From: a virus
Taxonomy: Duplodnaviria > Caudoviricetes
Reading direction: 5' to 3' (one strand)
DNA length: 26,445 nt
IMG/VR virus record: IMGVR_UViG_3300007549_000023
Span: 1-26,445 of that record
The position numbers were made by a program, and so were the translations under genes. Positions 1 to 7,290 of this stretch are shown here, in pieces. Positions within the stretch are counted from its first letter, which is position 1. Each line of letters begins with the position of its first letter. The notes beneath the pieces were generated by a model. That model worked only from the letters and a program-made list of their open reading frames with translations, did no database searches and was not told the DNA's origin.

Positions 1-775
1 ATGGAGGGAAGAACGGTGGGAAGAAGGGTGGGAAGAATGGGAAGAAAGGTGGGAAGAATGGGAAAAATGGTGGGAAGAATGGTGGGAAGAAAGGTGGGAA
101 GAATGGGAAGAACGGTGGGAAGAAGGGTGGGAAGAATGGGAAGAATGGGAAGAATGGAGGAAAAAATGGAGGGAAGAATGGGGCTATGGTAGTAATAGAT
201 CCAGAGGCAGGAGAAGGAACACTTGTTCCGTTAGCATTAGTAGCTGTAACTGTATATGTTTGAGAAGTGTTAGCAGTATCTCCAATAACAATTGGGGAGG
301 TAGCACCTGATCCAGTAGTAGCATCAGAGCCTGTTACGGTAAAGCTGGTAATAGCGCTACCACCATCTGCTGCTGCTGAGAAAGCAATTGAGTTTTGGTT
401 AACTCCAGCTGTTGGGGTTGGTGCAGACATTTGTGCAGGAACTGTTGTTGCTGTAATAGAAGCTGATGCTGCAGATGCCTGAGAAGTTCCAGCAGCGTTA
501 GTCGCTGTTACGGTAAATGTGTAGGCTGTGGCAGACTGCAACCCTTCAACTGTAATCGGAGAAGATGCACCAGTTCCTGTATATCCGCCAGGTGATGAGG
601 TTACAGTAAATGAAGTAGCGGCAGGGGATAGTGCTGGTAAAGAAAACGTAACTGTGGCGGCACCATTGTTAAATGCTCTGCCTGTTCCAACATTTGAAGC
701 AGATACGCCTGTTGGCGCTAATGGCTCTAGAAAGTCATTAGATGCAGCAGAACGTTTACCCGTCTTCTTAGCCAT
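1..775 (-). CDS. FN3-domain protein with Pro/Phe-only repeat tract (3' end beyond window; missing from ORF track)
   Basis: ATG at 775, 13 nt after the stop of the 895-aa gene; frame open to the window edge. MAKKTGKRSAASNDFLEPLAPTGVSA..., two FN3-like units (GLQSATAYTFTVTATNAAGTSQAS; TYTVTATNANGTSVPS), then IAPFFPPFFPPFFPFF... Confidence 0.9.
   Translation of the reverse strand, partial: MAKKTGKRSAASNDFLEPLAPTGVSASNVGTGRAFNNGAATVTFSLPALSPAATSFTVTSSPGGYTGTGASSPITVEGLQSATAYTFTVTATNAAGTSQASAASASITATTVPAQMSAPTPTAGVNQNSIAFSAAADGGSAITSFTVTGSDATTGSGATSPIVIGDTANTSQTYTVTATNANGTSVPSPASGSITTIAPFFPPFFPPFFPFFPFFPPFFPPFFPFFPPFFPPFFPPFFPFFPPFFPFFPPFFPPFFPP
2..181 (-). repeat. Coding tandem repeat of PPFF/PFF units (9-12 nt units)
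   Basis: 60 consecutive codons, all Pro or Phe (16 FF pairs, 28 Pro); 41-nt exact duplication at 6-46 and 105-145. Confidence 0.95.
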
Positions 776-788
776 TTATAATTCCCTA

Positions 789-3476
789 TTACGCTGTCAG
801 ATCGCCATAAACAACCCAGGTGTTTTCTGCTCTTTTGAAAAGAGTTGCAGTTGACCACTGTGTTCTAAGTTTTAATCCTGGTGTTGAGTTTATGGTTACT
901 CCACCAGACCCTGCAATTGTTACTTGGCCTGTTGAGGTTTGAAGGATATCAATTGAGGTTCCGACTGGAAAGGCTACTGCTGAGTTTAATGGAATAGTGA
1001 TTGTTGTACCGCTTGCGCTAGAAACTTCAATTAAAGTATCTCTCTCAGTTAATGCTGAGAGAGTGTAGGACGCTGTCTTTTGAATAATTGGGGTACGTGA
1101 CGGAACACCCTCTACGGTTTGAGTTCCGTCTGTAAATGCAATTCCTGAAGCAGAGGCTGTAATTAAACCTGATGCTGTAAGTGCTGCTACGTTATTTGTA
1201 CCAGTGAATGTTGGCGATGCAAGTGGTGCAAATCCTGCAATGCTTGCGCCTGAAGGAATTGTTACTGTACCAGTAAAAGTTGGTGATGCTATTGGTGCTT
1301 TTAGTCCAATTGCAGTTGTTAGTGTTGTAGATAGGTTTGCATCATTTCCAAGCGCTGTTGCAATTTCTCCAAGAGTATCAAGAGTTGCTCCTGCACTATT
1401 AACAAGTGCTGCAACTTCTGCACGAACATAAGCAGTAGTTGCAATCTGTGTTGTGTTAGTTGCTGCTGCTGCTGTTGGAGCAGTTGGTACACCAGTAAGT
1501 GCTGGTGAAGCAAGTGGGGCCTTGAGAGCAACATTTGCTACTGTTTCTTTAAGGTCAAGCGCTGTTTGCTGAGCAGTTGATACTGGCTTATTTGCATCTG
1601 TTGTGTCATCAACGTTTCCAAGACCAACCATAGACTTGGTAATTCCAGAAACTGTTCCCGTAAATGTAGGGCCTGAAAGGTTGGCTTTTAAATCAAGAGC
1701 GGTTTGTTGCGCTGTTGATACAGGCTTGCTTGCGTCTGCTGTGTTATCTACGTTACCTAGGCCTACATCTGATTTAACTAACCCAAGTGGAGTGGTAATT
1801 GTTTTATTTGTAAGAGTCTGGGACGCAGTTGTTGTTACAAGGAGACTGGTATCTGTGATCCCATGAACAGCTGTTGTGTCTGAGGTGTGTGTAGAAACAG
1901 CACTATCAGTATATGCCTTTGTTGCAAGCTCTGCTGTATCTGTAATACCGTGTACAGAAGTTGTATCCGAAGAGTGTGTTGAAACTGCACCATCAGCATA
2001 GGTCTTAGTTGCTACCGTTGAATCAATATCAAGAGTAATAGTATTAGCTTCGTCATCATAAACTTTATCAAGTCCTACACCAGCAACAACTGCTGTATTT
2101 ACGGCATCCTGTGCTAACTCTGCAATTGCAGAAATACTTGCCTTAAGATCAAGCGCTGTTTGTGTAGCAGTTGAAATTGGTTTGTTTGAATCTGAAGTAT
2201 TGTCTACGTTGCCAAGACCAACGTCATTCTTTGTTAGTCCTGCTGGAGTGGTAATAGTCTTGTTACTTAGAGTTTGTGTGCCAGTTGTTGTTACAAGGAG
2301 GCTGGTATCTGCTATTCCATGTACGGATAGTGTATCTGCTTCGTGAGTACCAAGTGATGTAGAGACTGCGTTAGCGGCTGCTGTATCAGCATATGATTTA
2401 GTTGCAAGGTCTGCGGTATCGGCAATTCCGTGCACACTTGTTGTGTCATTGCTGTGTGTTGTAATATCTGTAGTTGTTGCTAAAAGAGAAGTATTTGCAA
2501 TTCCGTGCACATCGGTTGTATCTGAAGAATGGGTAGAAACTGCAGTGTCAGCATAAGTTTTTGTAGCAAGGTTTGCTGTATCTGCAATTCCATGCACATC
2601 GGTTGTATCTGAGCTGTGTGTGTTTACAGACGTGTCCGCATATGATTTTGTAGCAAGCTCTGCGGTATCTGCTATTCCATGTACAGAGGTTGTATCTGCA
2701 GTGTGTGTCCCCAATTCACTGGCTACATGTTCTTGTGTAGCAAGTGTTCCTGTTGAATTTGGAAGAGTTAAGGTTCTATCTGCTGTAGGATCTGCTACCG
2801 CTAATGTGGTTTCAAAACCATCTGCTGTAGCACCTTCAAAGATAAGAGCGACACCAGTGTCAAAGGCAACTGAGCCAGTAAAGGTTGGTGAAGCAAGAGG
2901 TGCCTTTAACTCAAGTGCTGTTTGTGTTGCTTTTAAATCAAGCGCCGTTTGTGTTGCAGTAGAGATTGGCTTATTAGCATCTGAGGTGTTGTCTACATTT
3001 CCTAACCCAACCATAGACTTAGTTACACCAGAAACTAGGCCTGTAAATGTAGGGGAAGCAAGTGGGGCTTTTAGAGCAAGGCTATTTGTTACTGATCCCG
3101 CAAAGTTAGCATCATCACCAAGTGCTGCTGCAAGCTCGTCAAGAGTATTAAGTGCTCCAGGTGCTGAATCAATAACGCTGTTTACTGCTGCAGTAACAAA
3201 AGCAGTTGTTGCAACCTGAGTAGTATTTGTGCCAGAAGTAGCGGTTGGTGCTGCAGGTACTCCTGTGAATGTTGGGTTAGCAATTGGCGCGTAAGTGCTT
3301 GCTGCAGCTGCTGGAGTTAAGTTGATATAAGGTAGAGAAGCCCAAACTGTAAGTCCGTCTCCAACTTTAAGCTTCTTAGTGTCAGTCTCTAAACCAACTT
3401 CAGCCTCAAGAAGAATTGGGTTTGACGCGGTCCACTCAGCCGCAGTTCCCCTGCGTATTAGAATATTAACTGCCAT
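789..3476 (-). CDS. Long repeat-rich tail/collar fibre-like virion protein with Mtd-N-like N-terminus
   Basis: N-terminus IRRGTAAEWTASNPILLEAEVGLETDTKKLKVGDG resembles the major tropism determinant N-terminal domain; APLASPTFTG, LDTLxEIAxALGND, VGLGNVDNTSD and HxxDTTxVHGI fibre-type repeats; beta-rich C-terminal domain ending WVVYGDL. Confidence 0.8.
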   Translation of the reverse strand: MAVNILIRRGTAAEWTASNPILLEAEVGLETDTKKLKVGDGLTVWASLPYINLTPAAAASTYAPIANPTFTGVPAAPTATSGTNTTQVATTAFVTAAVNSVIDSAPGALNTLDELAAALGDDANFAGSVTNSLALKAPLASPTFTGLVSGVTKSMVGLGNVDNTSDANKPISTATQTALDLKATQTALELKAPLASPTFTGSVAFDTGVALIFEGATADGFETTLAVADPTADRTLTLPNSTGTLATQEHVASELGTHTADTTSVHGIADTAELATKSYADTSVNTHSSDTTDVHGIADTANLATKTYADTAVSTHSSDTTDVHGIANTSLLATTTDITTHSNDTTSVHGIADTADLATKSYADTAAANAVSTSLGTHEADTLSVHGIADTSLLVTTTGTQTLSNKTITTPAGLTKNDVGLGNVDNTSDSNKPISTATQTALDLKASISAIAELAQDAVNTAVVAGVGLDKVYDDEANTITLDIDSTVATKTYADGAVSTHSSDTTSVHGITDTAELATKAYTDSAVSTHTSDTTAVHGITDTSLLVTTTASQTLTNKTITTPLGLVKSDVGLGNVDNTADASKPVSTAQQTALDLKANLSGPTFTGTVSGITKSMVGLGNVDDTTDANKPVSTAQQTALDLKETVANVALKAPLASPALTGVPTAPTAAAATNTTQIATTAYVRAEVAALVNSAGATLDTLGEIATALGNDANLSTTLTTAIGLKAPIASPTFTGTVTIPSGASIAGFAPLASPTFTGTNNVAALTASGLITASASGIAFTDGTQTVEGVPSRTPIIQKTASYTLSALTERDTLIEVSSASGTTITIPLNSAVAFPVGTSIDILQTSTGQVTIAGSGGVTINSTPGLKLRTQWSTATLFKRAENTWVVYGDLTA
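1835..2705 (-). repeat. Seven degenerate HxxDTxxVHGIxxT repeats (5+2) in the fibre protein
   Basis: Seen in translation, e.g. HSSDTTDVHGIADTANLATKTYADTAVST; boundaries approximate. Confidence 0.85.
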
Positions 3477-3757
3477 TACGAAACTCCTCCGTCATAAGAT
3501 CCTGTATAAGAGCCTGTAAGTGTAGAAGGATAACCGCCGTCTAGATTCGGTGTTCCACCGTAGAAAGAAGCTGGTCTTCCACCATCTACTTGAAGTTGAC
3601 CTGCGCCACCAGTACCGACAATGTCAATCCAAAGTGTTCCATCATATATTCTTAACTTTAATGTTGTAGTATCAAAGTATAAGTCACCTGCTCGTTGACC
3701 AACAGGCTCGCTGCCTTTAGCCAGTACGTTTAAGGGTACTAATGCTTTTGTACTCAT
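3476..3757 (-). CDS. Small virion structural protein (fibre-associated)
   Basis: GDLYFDTTTLKLRIYDGTLW motif typical of phage fibre N-termini; three DGG motifs; TAATG coupling to the next gene. Confidence 0.65.
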   Translation of the reverse strand: MSTKALVPLNVLAKGSEPVGQRAGDLYFDTTTLKLRIYDGTLWIDIVGTGGAGQLQVDGGRPASFYGGTPNLDGGYPSTLTGSYTGSYDGGVS

Positions 3758-3762
3758 TTATG

Positions 3763-5322
3763 TTATCCGATTATAACTACTCTGTAGGCGTTAGATGTTG
3801 GTGCAGATGCAAACCCTAGTGTTACAGTAGAAGTTGTAGCGCGTACATTATCTACTAGGACCTCTTCGCCAGTAGCGACTTCATAAACTTGAACATGAAC
3901 ATCTAGTGTTCCTAGGTTGTGGGTCACTGTGTATGAGGTTGCTGAGGTAGAAAGTGTCTGTGAGTACTTTCTAGCTACTACTGTGGCGTCAACAGAGATG
4001 GTGTTAGTGCCCACGGTAATACCGTTACCAGCACCAATTGCAAATCCGTTAGCATCTGTTGCAGCACCTGAGTTGGTAGCAAGCTTGATTGCTCCGCCGC
4101 TAGAATCTGTCTGTAAACCACCTGTTGTAGATGGGGCAAATGTGAAGTTAGTTCCTGTAAGGAGTACGCCATTAGAAGATGTGAATGTTCCAGCGCCTGA
4201 GAACTGTGAAAAAGTAAGAGCAGTAGTTCCTAGTGTAATAGGGTTGTCAGTTGTTAATACCCAACCGCTATTTCCGTTTACAGTTCCTTGTTCTACGAAT
4301 GTAAACATTCCCGAAGTAACGTCTGCGTTAGAGTTTGCGTCCAAAGCACGGTCTGGGGCTCCAGAGGCTTTAACTACATAGATACCATTTTCAGAACCAG
4401 TTGATTGATGCTTAACAAGGATGCGGTCACCAGTAGCAAGAGTTACTCCATCAAGAGTATCTCCATTTTCAAGGCCTGTAGATAAATTTACTGCTGCAGT
4501 AGTTGCTGCACGAACAGAGGCCTTAACATCAAGGCCCTGGGCAACAGAGTCTACGTAGTTCTTAGTTGCAGCATCTTGTGCGCTAACTGGGTCGGCTACG
4601 TTTGTAATTAACTGGCTGTTCATTGTAAACGAGCTAGTTGGTGCGGTTAAATCTGTTACCTTATTTGTGGTAAGGATTACGGTACCTGATAAGTCAGGAA
4701 GAGTAATTGTGCGGTCAGCTGTTGGGTCAGTTACAGTAAGAGTTGTCTCGTTAGTATCTGCTGTAGAGCCTTCAAATACTATTGAGCTATCTGTAATAGC
4801 TAGGCCAGAAACAAGTGGAGAAGTAATTGTTTTATTTGTAAGAGTATCTGTTGTGTCTTGACCTACAAGGGTTGTAGTTAGGTCAGGAAGAGTAACTGTG
4901 CGGTCTGCCGTTGGGTCACCAGAGGTAAGGGTGAGCTCAAATGAGTTAGGGGTTGCGCCTTCAAATACAAGGTTGACACCTGTGTCAAGTGTTACGGTTC
5001 CCGTAAAGGTCGGGTTGTTAGAAGGAGACTTAGTATCAATCTGAGTCTGGATAGCAGAGGTTACGCCATCCACATAGTTAAGCTCTGTAGTGGTAAGTGT
5101 TGCGCCATCAAGGATGTTAATTTCTGCGGCGTCAGCGGTAACACCGTTAAGTCCAACAGCTTCCCAAATGGTTCCGTTGTAAACACGCATTTCATTGGAA
5201 GCAGTGTTGTAGTAAACCTGACCTGTTACAGGACTTGACGGGTCAGTTGCTAAGTTTTGAATACGAGCATTTTGCAACTCGTTTTTAGTTAAATCTAGTG
5301 ACGTTAAATACTTACGTGCCAT
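3763..5322 (-). CDS. Virion structural/fibre protein
   Basis: AAGGAG RBS; GQVYYNT...VYNGTIW; two FEGxT...DPTADRTxTLPD modules; ITNVADPVSAQDAATKNYVD; GDRILVKHQ..SENGIYVV; C-terminal VTHNLG domain. Confidence 0.75.
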   Translation of the reverse strand: MARKYLTSLDLTKNELQNARIQNLATDPSSPVTGQVYYNTASNEMRVYNGTIWEAVGLNGVTADAAEINILDGATLTTTELNYVDGVTSAIQTQIDTKSPSNNPTFTGTVTLDTGVNLVFEGATPNSFELTLTSGDPTADRTVTLPDLTTTLVGQDTTDTLTNKTITSPLVSGLAITDSSIVFEGSTADTNETTLTVTDPTADRTITLPDLSGTVILTTNKVTDLTAPTSSFTMNSQLITNVADPVSAQDAATKNYVDSVAQGLDVKASVRAATTAAVNLSTGLENGDTLDGVTLATGDRILVKHQSTGSENGIYVVKASGAPDRALDANSNADVTSGMFTFVEQGTVNGNSGWVLTTDNPITLGTTALTFSQFSGAGTFTSSNGVLLTGTNFTFAPSTTGGLQTDSSGGAIKLATNSGAATDANGFAIGAGNGITVGTNTISVDATVVARKYSQTLSTSATSYTVTHNLGTLDVHVQVYEVATGEEVLVDNVRATTSTVTLGFASAPTSNAYRVVIIG

Positions 5323-5335
5323 TTATCTCATCTCC

Positions 5336-5656
5336 TTAAGACAGATACGCTTTGCCGCTGAATGCGCCAGTAAAAGTTATCGTAAGGGAGTTTGTGTTCG
5401 TGTAGGCTATTTCACCTTCAACGATTGATCCACCCGAGTCCTGAACGGTTACGTTTGGGTGCCATCCAAGATTGTGCGTTACTACCCACACAGCCAAGGA
5501 TGTTCCCTGGGTATGAGTATATGCGAGAGCTTGACTTCCAGGTCCCCCAACTATTACTGGATTTATTCCAGAGATACTTCCTGGAGCTGGAGCAGAAATA
5601 AGAACAACGTCTGGATTTGTCCCTGCGGACTCACTTGGGCGAACGTATTGAATCAT
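5336..5656 (-). CDS. Small structural protein with VTHNLG beta-domain
   Basis: YTHTQ...WVVTHNLGWHPNVTVQD resembles the C-terminus of the 519-aa neighbour; ATGA overlap with the upstream gene. Confidence 0.7.
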   Translation of the reverse strand: MIQYVRPSESAGTNPDVVLISAPAPGSISGINPVIVGGPGSQALAYTHTQGTSLAVWVVTHNLGWHPNVTVQDSGGSIVEGEIAYTNTNSLTITFTGAFSGKAYLS

Positions 5657-6714
5657 TGAGTCACCTGCGCAGTTACGAAGATTTTTCCAGTAACGTAGGT
5701 ATGTACCAACCCATTTGAGTCAGTTAGCTGTACGTCATAATAGCAGACTCCAGGAAGCTTCTTTGTTTGTGTAGAAGTTAAGTCTAGCTGCAGTGTGCGT
5801 AACCCAGTCCCATCTACGGCTCCTACATTGGGGTAGGAGGTTGTAAAAGATGCAAGTAAGATTGGGCTATTTGGAGCAGGACGAATCTCTGATTTAGCAA
5901 CATAGCCGTTGACCTCAAACCCAAACTGAATCTGTACTGAGTAGCTGTCTCCAGTGTAGACATACAAATCTTGAGTAAACGCAGAGGTTAGTTTCTTTAT
6001 ACCACCGTAAGTAGGTATCGGTATGTAGACGCGTTCCTTAGGTTCCTTGTCATCAATCTCTTGAGGTACGTAGATTGGGACGTAGTGGTTTGTTGTCTTA
6101 GAGATACGACGTAGACTGAATACATCAATCTTGTAAAGACCAATACCAAGCTGTGAACAGAGCTCTTTGTATTGATTCTTACGTACTTCAATCATCTGCA
6201 TCAACTGACGGTAGCGTTCAGAACGAGGAATCTGAACTCCGTCAGGAGCGGTAATGTCAATGTCAAAAGAAGCATCAGTAGCTAAGGTGTAAAGAGCTAA
6301 GGTAGAAGCATAAACAAGTATTGGGTACTCTTCTAAGGTAGGCAGAGTTGAGATAGCAACAGAACGACCATAAGAGTCGTTGTGATTTGCGGTGTGCTGT
6401 TGAAAAGCTGTAGTAACAAACTGCTCAATTTCAGCGCTGGTAAAGTAGCGATAGTAATTTCCAGCAACAACAATCAACCGACCTGACAAAGGAGCGGTGT
6501 CAAAAACAATGTATCCAGTTGCTTCTTCAACTTCTACGGTTGTAGAAACGTCTACGCCATTAACGGTAACAATTAAGTTAAGGCCATCAAGAGGGGAGTA
6601 CGGAACTAAGTAGCGAGTTGACGTTCCATCAGCTGTTACTTGGAAAACAAACGATTTAGGGAAGTCACCAAGCTCGGACCGTAATCGTCCTGCCAAGCTT
6701 GTAAGAATAGCCAC
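5653..6714 (-). CDS. Putative head-tail adaptor-like multidomain protein
   Basis: Start moved to GTG 6714 (GGAGG 4 nt upstream). Two genes after the capsid gene; RLRSELGD and YFTSAEIEQF adaptor-like segments; C-terminal Ig-like/BppU-like domain (YTGDS...YYDVQLT...GKIFV). Confidence 0.55.
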   Translation of the reverse strand: MAILTSLAGRLRSELGDFPKSFVFQVTADGTSTRYLVPYSPLDGLNLIVTVNGVDVSTTVEVEEATGYIVFDTAPLSGRLIVVAGNYYRYFTSAEIEQFVTTAFQQHTANHNDSYGRSVAISTLPTLEEYPILVYASTLALYTLATDASFDIDITAPDGVQIPRSERYRQLMQMIEVRKNQYKELCSQLGIGLYKIDVFSLRRISKTTNHYVPIYVPQEIDDKEPKERVYIPIPTYGGIKKLTSAFTQDLYVYTGDSYSVQIQFGFEVNGYVAKSEIRPAPNSPILLASFTTSYPNVGAVDGTGLRTLQLDLTSTQTKKLPGVCYYDVQLTDSNGLVHTYVTGKIFVTAQVTQ

Positions 6715-6762
6715 GTAACCTCCAAAAGCTGTATGAAGCAATCATCTCAAAAATAATGCAAT

Positions 6763-6817
6763 AAAAAAGGTCCAACCCCCAACTGGGAGGAGGGCGGGAA
6801 CCAGTTGAGGGTCGGAC
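6763..6817 (-). terminator. Rho-independent terminator after the capsid operon
   Basis: 17-bp stem (6801-6817 with 6770-6786; G-U pairs work only on the minus-strand RNA), 14-nt loop, then CUUUUUU. Confidence 0.85.
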
Positions 6818-6831
6818 TACTTTTTGGAGGC

Positions 6832-7203
6832 TTAGTTAGGCCGCCAAATATATCCGAGCTCTTCTAGGTAGTTCGCAAGATGACCAGAGACGCGGTACTT
6901 CACACCAGCTTTAAAGCTGTAGTGGTTTCCTACTCCGTATGTCATCTCGTCAATATCTGTAATTGTGCGAATGATGACTGAGTCATTCGCTGTTGTAACT
7001 CCGATGTTCTCAATGTCATCTAGGACAAGTGGAGCATCTGGTTTCTTTGGGTCAAAGACATTATTCTCTAAGTTCTCTGCCTCAACTTGTGCCGCAATTG
7101 AAATTTCATCTTTGCGTTCTTGTAATGCTTTTGCGTTTTTCTTCGCTGCAGTTTCTGCTGCGCGTCCTGTTGCATCTAACGGACTTGTTGGTGTGTTTGC
7201 CAC
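6832..7203 (-). CDS. Hypothetical protein directly after the major capsid gene (possible head-associated)
   Basis: GTG start with AGGAG RBS; 123 aa; function inferred from position only. Confidence 0.75.
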   Translation of the reverse strand: MANTPTSPLDATGRAAETAAKKNAKALQERKDEISIAAQVEAENLENNVFDPKKPDAPLVLDDIENIGVTTANDSVIIRTITDIDEMTYGVGNHYSFKAGVKYRVSGHLANYLEELGYIWRPN

Positions 7204-7236
7204 GGTGTATTTCTCCTATGTTAGTTGTTGATTAAT

Positions 7237-7277
7237 GATGGCTGGGGACCCAGGAAGGAGTAGGGTCCCCAGACATC
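7237..7277 (-). promoter_or_regulatory. GC-rich stem-loop downstream of the capsid gene
   Basis: CTGGGGACCC (7242-7251) / GGGTCCCCAG (7263-7272) perfect 10 bp plus 4 bp beyond one mismatch; no U-tract. Confidence 0.65.
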
Positions 7278-7290
7278 GGTAAAGCGAGTC

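Noticed and set aside
1-183. CRISPR array or telomere-like repeat
   Set aside because: No unique spacers; units are 9-12 nt and in frame within a CDS
1-192. Plus-strand ORF MEGRTVGRRVGRMGR...
   Set aside because: Antisense shadow of the Pro/Phe repeat; the variable positions are synonymous in the minus frame, which continues the FN3 gene
789-3476. Diversity-generating retroelement target, suggested by the Mtd-like N-terminus
   Set aside because: No reverse transcriptase and no template/variable repeat pair with adenine-specific mismatches seen in the window
267-4861. Multiple plus-strand ORFs opposite the fibre genes
   Set aside because: Antisense frames kept open by Thr/Ala/Ser codon bias; no RBS or recognisable motifs
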